DNA from: a virus
Virus record (IMG/VR): IMGVR_UViG_3300017973_000002
Span: 1 to 56,042 of that record
Strand: one strand, 5' to 3'
DNA length: 56,042 nt
Shown here in pieces: positions 1-7,906 of this stretch. How positions within the stretch are numbered: position 1 is the stretch's first letter; every line of letters starts with the position of its first letter. Position numbers and translations under genes: made by a program. The notes beneath the pieces were generated by a model. It saw nothing but the letters and a program-made list of their open reading frames with translations, ran no database searches and was not told the DNA's origin.

Positions 1-123
1 ATAGAAGAAATGATAATTCAGTTGTTTGTATGATGCGTGATTTACAAACTGAATGGGGTAAGGTTACTCACGTTACAATAACTGCACAACAACAGCCGAA
101 CTGGTCAGAAAAACAAATGTTCA
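1..123. repeat. Terminal duplication, left copy (identical to 55920..56042)
   Basis: Direct comparison: 1..123 and 55920..56042 are identical base for base. This implies a 55,919-bp circular or circularly permuted unit. Confidence 0.95.
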
Positions 124-254
124 AAAATGAATTGTTCGGTAAAGAAAGTGTAGCTATTGAGGTATTCCCTAAAGAAAGTGAATTAGTTGATAAAGCAGAA
201 ATGTATCACTTGTGGGTTTTACATGAAACACAGTTACCTTTCGGTATTGATTGA
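1..254 (+). CDS. 3' part of the wrap-around early CDS that starts at 55799 (hypothetical, 124 aa in total)
   Basis: The frame of track ORF 30..254 is continuous with ATG 55799 across the duplicated junction. Stop TGA 252..254. Confidence 0.75.
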   Translation, partial: RRNDNSVVCMMRDLQTEWGKVTHVTITAQQQPNWSEKQMFKNELFGKESVAIEVFPKESELVDKAEMYHLWVLHETQLPFGID

Positions 255-271
255 AAAAGGAGAGAGTACGA

Positions 272-430
272 ATGACTGAGAATGAAAAACCGTTAGTTAA
301 GTACGATGGCAAATGGTGGGTATTGTATAGTGTAAAAGATGGAATGGCCACAATCTGGACGAATGGGCAACCTGCTCTTGTTCCAGAAGAATTACTTCAA
401 TATGAAAAAGGGCATAAAAAAGGGGAATAA
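272..430 (+). CDS. Hypothetical small early protein (52 aa, MTENEKPLVKYDGKWWVLYSV...)
   Basis: ATG 272 preceded by AAAAAGGAGAGAG. Below the track size cutoff. It replaces the 5' extension of track ORF 339..704. Confidence 0.55.
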   Translation: MTENEKPLVKYDGKWWVLYSVKDGMATIWTNGQPALVPEELLQYEKGHKKGE

Positions 431-434
431 TCTA

Positions 435-704
435 ATGCGCAAATGCGGTGTATGTGAGAAGGTTATAATCAGTGGCATTTATAATGACCAATGTTTAGGT
501 GTAAAGCATGATTATTATTGTTCAGACGACTGTTTAGAAACTGAAATTACAAAGGAATTTGCAAAGGAACTATACCAGAATGAAGCGATCTACTGGACGG
601 ATTGGGAAGTAGATGATTGCGTTGAGTGTGAGAAGGAATTTAGCACGACTGAATTAATACCACATGAAGATGAATACTATTGTAAGGATTGTTTACCGAA
701 GTAG
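435..704 (+). CDS. Cys-rich zinc-finger-like early protein (89 aa)
   Basis: ATG 435 with AAAAAGGGG upstream. Two CxxC-type pairs (CGVCEK ... CVECEK ... CKDC). The track ORF starts further upstream in the same frame. Confidence 0.7.
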   Translation: MRKCGVCEKVIISGIYNDQCLGVKHDYYCSDDCLETEITKEFAKELYQNEAIYWTDWEVDDCVECEKEFSTTELIPHEDEYYCKDCLPK

Positions 705-729
705 AAGCGCTCATGCTTCTGCTTTTTTT
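703..729 (+). terminator. Intrinsic terminator
   Basis: AGAAGC-GCTCAT-GCTTCT hairpin followed by GCTTTTTTT, directly after the stop at 704. Confidence 0.6.
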
Positions 730-743
730 CATTATTCTAAAAA

Positions 744-772
744 TTAAGAGTATGGGAAATGAATGGTATAAT
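744..772 (+). promoter_or_regulatory. Sigma-A-type promoter with extended -10 (TTAAGA-N17-TATAAT, TGn present)
   Basis: TGGTATAAT at 764..772, TTAAGA at 744..749. Sits between a terminator and the RBS of 813..1547. Confidence 0.55.
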
Positions 773-812
773 TAAACAGTTGTAAACACCAATTATAAAA
801 GGAGTTTTTAGA

Positions 813-1547
813 ATGACGAATACAGATATTTTCGAGAAAGCAATGGATTTTACTAAGTTACGCAAAGATACTAAGAAGCGTGTATTTCAAGAATTACTAG
901 CTAAAGAAAAATTAGAATCTTTATTTATAGCAGACCCAGATTGTTTAGCTGACATACTTACTGATCGTGGCTATGAACTTTTTGAAAACATGGTTGTTAA
1001 TGATGTAGAAACTGGGGTAGAACTATTCATTTACATTACGAAAGATAACGAGTTTTCAATGGGTTATCTTGTTACACATAACGAAGCATTTGAATCAGTA
1101 GTTAAAGAAATGACAGAGTTACCAGAGAATCATAAGTCTAATACAGAATTAGAAGCAGAAGAAAATGATGAAGAAATAGCAGAAGAATTAGCAGAAATGA
1201 ATCATATTGCAGATACTCTTATACAAGAACTGAAAGACGTTCTTCGAAAAGAAAAAAAAGCAATGGAAAAAGAATTCCTTGAAATGTTAGATATTAAAAC
1301 AGTTCCAATGACGGATAAAGAAATGGGTTCATTGATAAAAAGAAATGGGTATGCTTTCTTTGAAAATAGAGAAACACTATCTAAAAATGAATTCCGTACA
1401 ATATTAGCATGTATCCATGTAGAAACAGAAGAATTACAGTTCGGTCGGTTGGTCGATTTAAACGTTAAAGGCGTACATTCAGCTTCGATTACAGTTCAAA
1501 AATTAAATAAAGGCGAAGCGAAAGTTATACGTGTGGAGCAGGATTAA
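813..1547 (+). CDS. Acidic 244-aa protein with an internal two-module duplication (RGYELFEN / NGYAFFEN). Function unknown. Stand-alone cassette.
   Basis: ATG with AAAGGAG RBS. Own promoter and flanking terminators. Central EAEENDEEIAEELAE acidic linker. Confidence 0.8.
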   Translation: MTNTDIFEKAMDFTKLRKDTKKRVFQELLAKEKLESLFIADPDCLADILTDRGYELFENMVVNDVETGVELFIYITKDNEFSMGYLVTHNEAFESVVKEMTELPENHKSNTELEAEENDEEIAEELAEMNHIADTLIQELKDVLRKEKKAMEKEFLEMLDIKTVPMTDKEMGSLIKRNGYAFFENRETLSKNEFRTILACIHVETEELQFGRLVDLNVKGVHSASITVQKLNKGEAKVIRVEQD

Positions 1548-1562
1548 TTCCTGCTTTTTTAT
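1537..1562 (+). terminator. Intrinsic terminator ending the rightward early unit
   Basis: AGCAGGA-TTAAT-TCCTGCT hairpin overlapping the stop codon, followed by TTTTTTATTTT. Confidence 0.75.
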
Positions 1563-2004
1563 TTTGTCGCCCACGGAAAAAGGCCACAAACGACACCCAC
1601 TTATCGTTTGCAACCCCTCCTTAATGGACATTTGAGTTGTAAATACATAACTAGAAAAAGATACTTGGATAATTAATAACATGCTTTTGCTACGGTACAT
1701 TGTGAAAACAAGCCAAACTATTGTAAACTCAAAATTTTAAAAAGAATAACAGTGAAATAACCCTTTGCAATATAAAATGTTCTGACACACAAAATAGACC
1801 ACTCGCATAAGTTCATTTGATACTAATGTAAGCCTTAAACATGAACTAGATTCGGATCGGAATACAGTTACTTTGTTTTTGAACTACATTTAGATACATT
1901 GAAAGTATGTGACTAGTCTATATGCGCTGTGAAAAACACTTTCTACACGGAAGGTTTTCAGTAAATTTAGTATACCATTATTCGACAAAAAAACCAATCG
2001 AAAA

Positions 2005-2253
2005 TTATTTATTTTTACGCTTTTCATTCTCTTTTTTTCCGTTCCAATAATCCTTTGTTTGTTGCCTTGCTTTCTCTACGTTGTAAGTTATCTGGAGGAT
2101 ATTTTCGTGAAGTTTATCTTGCACTGGTAATGGGTCATATTCTGGATAATATCGTTTACACCATTCCCAAGCAAATCTCTTTTTGCTACGTTCTGTTAAA
2201 CGCCAGTATAGGGGAGGTAGCTTAACATCATGAATTACGTCTTGTGTATTCAA
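2005..2253 (-). CDS. Hypothetical protein (82 aa), TTG start
   Basis: Track ORF. The only in-frame start is TTG with a weak RBS. It is the last ORF of the leftward operon. Confidence 0.4.
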   Translation of the reverse strand: MNTQDVIHDVKLPPLYWRLTERSKKRFAWEWCKRYYPEYDPLPVQDKLHENILQITYNVEKARQQTKDYWNGKKENEKRKNK

Positions 2254-2650
2254 GTATGCTATATCCTGCCATATCTAATAATGTATCCTCGATGCGCTCA
2301 TCTTTCACTTCTGCTTCTAGGTTATCTAGCACCAGTGTTTTTAATCGACTGAATTTATCGTTAATTCTGATTAATGGCACAATATCCCCAAAGTTATTAA
2401 CAGTATCCACATAACTATTTTTGTAGTCACGGTTCTTCCTAACTAAGATATTAGCCAAATGAATACACGCTTCTTGTAAAGCTGTTTCGTATGGGTTATG
2501 AGTTGTCATTAGCTTTCCTAGTCGCTTTTCAGCTTCTTCCCTCGATTTAATCACAACTGATTCTCGTCTTTCAATATCACCATTTACTTTTTCTAAAAGC
2601 ATGTTATGTTCTTTTAATGCTCTATCCATAAAAAATTGTCCTTCATTCAT
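2228..2650 (-). CDS. DUF1599-like (nucleotide-modification-associated) protein
   Basis: VRKNRDYKNSY...FGDIVPLIRINDKFSRLKTL matches my recollection of the DUF1599 signature (KN.DYG ... R..DK..RL). Confidence 0.6.
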   Translation of the reverse strand: MNEGQFFMDRALKEHNMLLEKVNGDIERRESVVIKSREEAEKRLGKLMTTHNPYETALQEACIHLANILVRKNRDYKNSYVDTVNNFGDIVPLIRINDKFSRLKTLVLDNLEAEVKDERIEDTLLDMAGYSILEYTRRNS

Positions 2651-3012
2651 GTTAATCCCACCCTTTCAGCAATTTGTGATAGCACAGCTAAACGCCATCT
2701 TCCAATGGTACTTCCATCTGCATGTAGTTTCAGTCCTACACCATCACAGTTCAGTCTTTTTGTTTTGTTCCAGTAAAGCAACTGGATCATCATTTTCTTT
2801 TCTTCTGGTAGCGTACTGTAAACTTCATCGAACACGTCAACAAACAATACTTTTTGTTGCAAGTGAGTATTATCTAAATAACCTATGAGTTTACCTTCGA
2901 AACGCCCTTGACTATAAATCACAGATTTTTCAGCATGACGAACTTCTCTTTTAATATCATCATACCTTTCAATCTGTCTGGCGATATAGCTTCTAGCTTC
3001 TTTACTAACCAC
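2647..3012 (-). CDS. ArpU/RinA-like late transcriptional regulator (putative)
   Basis: GTG start with AAAGGAG RBS. About 120 aa. C-terminal sigma-region-4-like HTH (GSTIGRWRLAVLSQIAERVGL). Position next to the sigma factor at the operon end. Confidence 0.55.
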   Translation of the reverse strand: MVSKEARSYIARQIERYDDIKREVRHAEKSVIYSQGRFEGKLIGYLDNTHLQQKVLFVDVFDEVYSTLPEEKKMMIQLLYWNKTKRLNCDGVGLKLHADGSTIGRWRLAVLSQIAERVGLT

Positions 3013-3532
3013 TCATCGCAACTCCTTTCATGCGTGATATTGCCTTTAATAACAATCGGCTTACGTGTGTTTGAGAAAGGCCAGTTTCTTTTGCTACTTC
3101 ACTTTGCGTTCTCCCATCAAAATAAAGCCTTTGAATAATGTAATTCTGCAATTTGGAACATTTTGATAATAAAAAACGAAGGTATTCGCTATTTTCCAGT
3201 GTGTCATCATCTTTTTTGCCAATCAGCTCTATGAGTAACACGTCATTCTCTCTAGGTTCATCAAGACTGGTAACAATTCCAGACCGTTTCCCAGTTGTAA
3301 GTTTACGAATTTCAGATAAAAAAAGGTTATCTATCACGACATATACATACGTGCTAAGAGTGTACCCTTTTTCTTTTTTGAAGGTTGATACAGCACGGCA
3401 CAACCCTTCATAAGCAATGGATATACATTCTTCTTTCGTCCACCCAGTTGAAGTTGCCCAGTGGATCGCACGGTTAATCGCTAATCCGATATTTTGTTCG
3501 ACTATTGCTTGTCCTTCTACGTCCAGTCGCAA
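3005..3532 (-). CDS. Phage-encoded sigma-70-family sigma factor (regions 2 and 4 only)
   Basis: TTG start behind AAAAGGGGTG. Region 2-like AYEGLCRAVSTFKKEKGYTLSTYVYVVIDN. Region 4 HTH RTQSEVAKETGLSQTHVSRLL. Confidence 0.85.
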   Translation of the reverse strand: MRLDVEGQAIVEQNIGLAINRAIHWATSTGWTKEECISIAYEGLCRAVSTFKKEKGYTLSTYVYVVIDNLFLSEIRKLTTGKRSGIVTSLDEPRENDVLLIELIGKKDDDTLENSEYLRFLLSKCSKLQNYIIQRLYFDGRTQSEVAKETGLSQTHVSRLLLKAISRMKGVAMSG

Positions 3533-3947
3533 CCCTAGTCACCCCTTTTAACTTCGCTTTCTCCTTTTTCGCCTTTAAATATTCATCAAGGTCTATGAAG
3601 TCATAATATTTATGTTTATCAGTTAAAAGTTTCAAGTTAAAGTGTGGGTATTTGTATTCAAAAAGTTTGTGTTTTAGTTTAAATGTTTCTGTTTTTTGCC
3701 CTTTCACATCGACAACTTCTATTCGCCCATCTGCATAAACAACCAAAAAATCTGCAATGTAATTAATCGCTCGGTAATGTTTTCCATTCTTTTTAAATGC
3801 TTCTTGCAAAAGGAAAGGCACTTGCATTTCAAATCGTTCCACAACACCTGCAAGGATTAAATCCATCAACACACGATAGTAACGTGCTTCCATTTTGGAA
3901 TCGAACACATGATTATCTAATTGCACCTTACTGTTGTTGTATTTCAT
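3474..3947 (-). CDS. DUF1064-family protein (PD-(D/E)xK-like, putative junction-resolving nuclease)
   Basis: MKYNNSKVQLDNHVFDSKMEARYY ... IADFLVVY...VEVVDVKG pattern typical of DUF1064. Confidence 0.7.
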   Translation of the reverse strand: MKYNNSKVQLDNHVFDSKMEARYYRVLMDLILAGVVERFEMQVPFLLQEAFKKNGKHYRAINYIADFLVVYADGRIEVVDVKGQKTETFKLKHKLFEYKYPHFNLKLLTDKHKYYDFIDLDEYLKAKKEKAKLKGVTRVATGRRRTSNSRTKYRISD

Positions 3948-3948
3948 A

Positions 3949-4473
3949 TCAGTACCCAGTATCTTGTCTGATATGATTCACTTTATTTTTAAGTACATAA
4001 CCTTGTTCAATTTGTTCAAGTGTGAAACCAAGTAGAACACCAAGATTTAGGTAAGCTGAAATAACAGTTTCCCATGTAACGGAAGGTAGTTCAGATGCAA
4101 TCATATACTCACCAACTGCATAAATAATTCTGCTAATTTGGTGCATAATCGCTGTATATTGTGCTTCTTCACCAGTCACATGTTCTTTATGAGGTGTATA
4201 AACCAGCGTGTAGTCTACTTCAAGTAAATTCCCAATACTAAGAACAAAGTGAAGTCCATCAACATATTCACCTAGCAGACTTACATCACTTTTTGGGAAT
4301 GGTGATTCAGACCAAAATTTAAACCTTCTCCATTCATTGACCATTTCACCTAGTTCAACAAAGAAAGCAAGATAGCGTTCTTCTAAATTCGCACCGGTTA
4401 ATTTCTTTTCAGCGATAACACGTTGATCTAACTTCTCCTGCATTTGAGATAACTTATAAGCTAATCCAGACAT
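3949..4473 (-). CDS. Dimeric all-alpha dUTPase (dUTPase_2 family)
   Basis: About 174 aa. FFVELGEMVNEWRRFKFW and DGLHFVLSIGN motifs. Confidence 0.7.
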   Translation of the reverse strand: MSGLAYKLSQMQEKLDQRVIAEKKLTGANLEERYLAFFVELGEMVNEWRRFKFWSESPFPKSDVSLLGEYVDGLHFVLSIGNLLEVDYTLVYTPHKEHVTGEEAQYTAIMHQISRIIYAVGEYMIASELPSVTWETVISAYLNLGVLLGFTLEQIEQGYVLKNKVNHIRQDTGY

Positions 4474-4475
4474 TG

Positions 4476-4736
4476 TTATTCCCCCTTAATTTCAGTAAAT
4501 CCAAGATGTTCCGCAATTACCTTAAAACGTTTTTCTCCAATTCCGTGGCCTACTTCATCAAGTGTTGCGACTTTATCCTTGAAGTAGTTTAGTGCATGTT
4601 CTACACCTTCTTGACGGCCTTTTGCACGCCCCTCGTTGTATGCTTGTTGAATATCTTTTTCAGTAAATCCTTTTCTGGCTTTTCTAACTAATTCGAATTG
4701 CTTTTGCCTTCTTAATTTTCTGTCAAATCCACTCAA
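4476..4736 (-). CDS. Hypothetical protein with C-terminal helix-hairpin-helix-like motif
   Basis: Track ORF with ATG. GHGIGEKRFKVIAEHLG near the C-terminus. Confidence 0.6.
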   Translation of the reverse strand: MSGFDRKLRRQKQFELVRKARKGFTEKDIQQAYNEGRAKGRQEGVEHALNYFKDKVATLDEVGHGIGEKRFKVIAEHLGFTEIKGE

Positions 4737-4748
4737 AAAAAATGCCCC

Positions 4749-5369
4749 CTAGTTGTAGGTGATACCTAATTTACTTTTCCATCTTGAAAATGTTTTGAAG
4801 CTAACGCCCCATTTTTCTGCTAGTTCGTGATCGTTATTCACCGTCAATCGGTCACGCATGTAATCACGTTTCGTATACTCTTGGAGCAACTGCTCTAATT
4901 TACCAACTGCTTTTTCTACACCTACATCTGCTTTCCAATGTCTAAGTGTACTGTATCCTACCCCTAAAATCTCCGCAATTTCACGGTCATGTAAACCACT
5001 TTTCGTATAACTCAAATACTTTTTGGTTGTTAGTCCTTCTAACACACGTTCAGTTTTGATAAGTCCCCATGCTTTTTTTCTGCGGTGCAATGTACTACTA
5101 GGTACGTTGTAATGCTTGATTATTTCACGGTCAGTCATTTTCTTACTAGCTTTCAAATAAACAGCTTCGGTAAAATCATCATGTTCTTTTGTAGCTGTAC
5201 CATTTGTGAGAATGACACCTAATTTTTTTAACCCTTTTCCAACTGGGCAACCAGTTAAGCAAAATCCTTCTTGCACGGAAAAATTAAAGCGCTTGCGAAT
5301 TTCTTCTGCAATTTGACAGCCCTTGCATTGTTCTTCTAATGTTTCGAAATCAATCCTCTGTTTCTTCAT
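4749..5369 (-). CDS. Cys-cluster plus triple helix-turn-helix repeat DNA-binding protein
   Basis: Preferred start ATG 5369 (GAGGT RBS); the track start 5426 has no RBS. CKGCQ...CLTGCP cluster. Three repeats end in STLHRRKKAWGL, STLRHWKADVGV and KTFSRWKSKLGI. Confidence 0.7.
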   Translation of the reverse strand: MKKQRIDFETLEEQCKGCQIAEEIRKRFNFSVQEGFCLTGCPVGKGLKKLGVILTNGTATKEHDDFTEAVYLKASKKMTDREIIKHYNVPSSTLHRRKKAWGLIKTERVLEGLTTKKYLSYTKSGLHDREIAEILGVGYSTLRHWKADVGVEKAVGKLEQLLQEYTKRDYMRDRLTVNNDHELAEKWGVSFKTFSRWKSKLGITYN

Positions 5370-5634
5370 CGCCCATATACCTCGTATTATCGTGAATACC
5401 TCTCGGTCTTGGATTAATTCGGTCATTGATAGATAAATCCATAATCAATGCGCATACTTCGTCATATGTCCTTCGTTTGTTGTACTTTTTTTTCAAGTAC
5501 ATATAAATTGTTTTCAATGATTGGCCTTGCCACCACAAATACACACAGTCCTCTACTTCACTAAACGTGAAGCAAAGGTCTAGGTCAGCAAGTGCAATGA
5601 ATAATTTTTGGTCATTACTTTCACTTGTTTTCAA
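5350..5634 (-). CDS. Hypothetical protein (94 aa), TTG start
   Basis: Track ORF. GTGAGGT RBS 9 nt upstream of the TTG. Confidence 0.55.
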   Translation of the reverse strand: MKTSESNDQKLFIALADLDLCFTFSEVEDCVYLWWQGQSLKTIYMYLKKKYNKRRTYDEVCALIMDLSINDRINPRPRGIHDNTRYMGDEETED

Positions 5635-5788
5635 ACCTAATTAACCTCACTTCACCTTTTTTGTCTATCAATCACACAGAATAGCGCTCATTCTTCTCAA
5701 AATCGCTCCTATTCAACGAAAATACGATTTTAATACTAAGACAGCCACCCACTACTAAACTATCAAAATTCGACAATAAAACACATAT

Positions 5789-6622
5789 TTATTTTTTCAA
5801 AGATTCTTCAAACTCTTTCATTCTATTTTTAGCAAGTTCTCTGCGATAAGAAGTTGCTTTATTTTCAACTATCAAACTCGTTTCAACTAAACGATCATAC
5901 GAACGCACGCCAATTTGGTCAGCAAGTTCAACTGGTTTTAAATTCGATGTGCAAAAGGTTGGTAGTTTTCTGCGATAACGACCATCAATAATGTCAAACA
6001 TCGTTTCTTGCACCCAGTCCGTTAATTTCTCTGCACCAATGTCATCGAGTACCAGTAAGTCACATTCCAGTAACGCTTTCATAATTTGATGTTCAGATTC
6101 TTTTTGCCCTTTGCCAAATGTACTTCTGATTCTGCGTAATAGTTCTGGCACACTTTGAAAGACAACAATGTACCCTTTTTCATTTAGCGCATTTGTAACA
6201 GAAGCGCCTAAATGAGTTTTTCCATTCCCGTATGTTCCCCAGATTAATAATGCTTCTTGTTTCCAGTTAGGAAATTCTTCAATGAATTGTTTAGTTGCTT
6301 TAAATACAAGTTCTGTTCCTTCACGATGTTTGAAGTTTTCTAGTGTTGCTTGCGCAAATTTTTCACCTAAGTTGCTGATAGAAAATAATTTGCGTATTGC
6401 TTGTTGTTTTTCAAACTGCTCAAATTCTCGTATGCGCTTTGTTTCAAGTTCCGTTACGCATTTGCAAACTGGTTGCACCCAAGAATCAATATTTAATTCT
6501 GGAATTTGCGCCCTATGTCTTGGAATGAACGTACCACAATGTTCACAGTGTTTACCTTCTGAACCTTCATCACAAGCTGATTCCATCAAAATACTCTGGA
6601 TCGAGTTTGTTATCCCCTTCAT
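5789..6622 (-). CDS. DnaC/IstB-like AAA+ helicase loader with N-terminal zinc finger
   Basis: Walker A GTYGNGKTHL, Walker B LLVLDDIGAEK, CEHCG...CKC. RBS AAAAGGTG. Confidence 0.85.
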   Translation of the reverse strand: MKGITNSIQSILMESACDEGSEGKHCEHCGTFIPRHRAQIPELNIDSWVQPVCKCVTELETKRIREFEQFEKQQAIRKLFSISNLGEKFAQATLENFKHREGTELVFKATKQFIEEFPNWKQEALLIWGTYGNGKTHLGASVTNALNEKGYIVVFQSVPELLRRIRSTFGKGQKESEHQIMKALLECDLLVLDDIGAEKLTDWVQETMFDIIDGRYRRKLPTFCTSNLKPVELADQIGVRSYDRLVETSLIVENKATSYRRELAKNRMKEFEESLKK

Positions 6623-7403
6623 TGCTTTTCACACCTTTTGTTTTCTCTGCCACAGTAAGTTCATACGTATCTAAATAGTTATGGTTATTTAAAAACGTAC
6701 TTGGGTATCGTATATATTGGTCGATAGTATGCGCATGCGCAATATAATGCGCATATCGTTGCGTACCTTCTAAGATTTGCTCAAAACTGTGTTTCTTTAA
6801 GGCTTGTTTGAATTTCTCTAATGCACGCTTCTTATCAACCTTCTTGGGATAGACTTCCCAGAAAGAATCAAATTGCGCATGTAAATGCGTATATGTTTTA
6901 TTTTCTTTTTCTTTTTCTTTTTCTTTTTCTTTTTCTTTTTCCCCACTATCCGAATTTGCTGTGGATAACTCTTGTTCTATACCCTCAAAAGCCTTTACGA
7001 ATAAGGTTTTGATATATTCGTTAGGAATGTGTTGCGCAATGCGTAAAAGTTGCGTTTTATCCTTAACTTTGCGCAACTCACTGCGCACGCAATCTAAAAT
7101 AGGCTTACCAGTGTTATATAAGTTGTATTTTCCCCAGTTCAAAATGCAAATTTCTCTTGTTTCAGTATTGTATGTTATTAAACGGTGGTGATTTATGAAG
7201 CGTTCTAAAATGGCATTAACACTTTCAATCGTCCAACCCATTTCAAAAGCCATCTTCTTTTTTGTTATTTCATAAATCCCGATCTGTGAAGCGTTTGGAT
7301 TCGTCAATAAATACAAATAAAAATACTTATCTTCGGGAGTAAACATCTCTGTTACTTTTGAATCTTCCCAGAAAGCTGTATGAACTACACGATACTTTGC
7401 CAA
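6570..7403 (-). CDS. Phage replisome organizer (DnaD-like N-terminal domain)
   Basis: TTG start behind AAGGGAGG. MAKYRVVHTAFWEDSKV...YFYLYLLTNPN...GIYEIT pattern. Internal (EK)6 linker. Confidence 0.75.
   Translation of the reverse strand: MAKYRVVHTAFWEDSKVTEMFTPEDKYFYLYLLTNPNASQIGIYEITKKKMAFEMGWTIESVNAILERFINHHRLITYNTETREICILNWGKYNLYNTGKPILDCVRSELRKVKDKTQLLRIAQHIPNEYIKTLFVKAFEGIEQELSTANSDSGEKEKEKEKEKEKENKTYTHLHAQFDSFWEVYPKKVDKKRALEKFKQALKKHSFEQILEGTQRYAHYIAHAHTIDQYIRYPSTFLNNHNYLDTYELTVAEKTKGVKSNEGDNKLDPEYFDGISL
6905..6940. repeat. Hexanucleotide microsatellite (CTTTTT)6 = in-frame (GAAAAA)6 coding (EK)6
   Basis: C at 6905, 6911, 6917, 6923, 6929 and 6935 with T5 between. Lies in the linker of the replisome organizer. 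Confidence 0.9.
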
Positions 7404-7430
7404 CTATTGTTTCCTCCCTTATATGGTTTA

Positions 7431-7625
7431 TCATTTTTCCTTTAAATGCTTTTCCATCATTGTTTCTTTATGTTCATCTGGAACTAAAATAATACGCCCA
7501 TCTTCGTCCATAAAAATCGCTAGTTTCGTTACACCATCTATTAATCCTAAGTGTTCACGAATATGTGCAGGAATACCAAGTTGACCTGCCTTACCTAAAA
7601 CACGACTACCACCATAAAAAATCAT
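7431..7625 (-). CDS. AbrB/SpoVT (MazE-fold) domain DNA-binding protein, first gene of the replication module
   Basis: ATG behind TAGGAGGAAA. LGIPAHIREHLGL...GRIILVP swapped-hairpin-type motif. 64 aa. Confidence 0.7.
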   Translation of the reverse strand: MIFYGGSRVLGKAGQLGIPAHIREHLGLIDGVTKLAIFMDEDGRIILVPDEHKETMMEKHLKEK

Positions 7626-7669
7626 TTGTATTTCCTCCTAAAATTCAACATAATTTGACAACCTTGTAG

Positions 7670-7698
7670 ACTATATCATATTTTGCACGAAATATTAA
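7670..7698 (-). promoter_or_regulatory. Candidate sigma-A promoter for the replication module (TTAATA-N17-TATAGT with TGn)
   Basis: Minus-strand reading: TTAATA (7698..7693), 17-nt spacer, TGATATAGT (-10 at 7675..7670). An opposing TTGACA (7655..7660) with TATTTT 18 nt downstream forms a back-to-back plus-strand promoter. Confidence 0.4.
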
Positions 7699-7906
7699 GG
7701 AGAAAAACAAGAAACTGACAACAAATATAATAAATTAATAAAATTTATGAATAAATCATAACAAACAATGGAAGAAATTAACGAATAATGGAGAAAAATG
7801 GAAGTTACATAAACATCTTATATTTTTCACAGAATACTTACAACACTTGAAATTTTGTAAAAAATATAGTAATAAAAATAGCCAGTCTGACGACTGACCT
7901 TTTCCC

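Noticed and set aside
1-123. End duplication as IS or LTR-like mobile-element termini
   Set aside because: It is a direct repeat located exactly at the window ends and within a continuous ORF. There is no transposase and no inverted repeats.
339-704. Track ORF of 121 aa as a single gene
   Set aside because: Its 5' third overlaps a better-supported 52-aa gene (272..430, strong RBS). An internal ATG at 435 with its own RBS gives a compact zinc-finger protein.
1503-1700. Track ORF of 65 aa on the minus strand
   Set aside because: It has no RBS and runs through the terminator hairpin of the opposite strand. Its composition is typical of non-coding AT-rich DNA.
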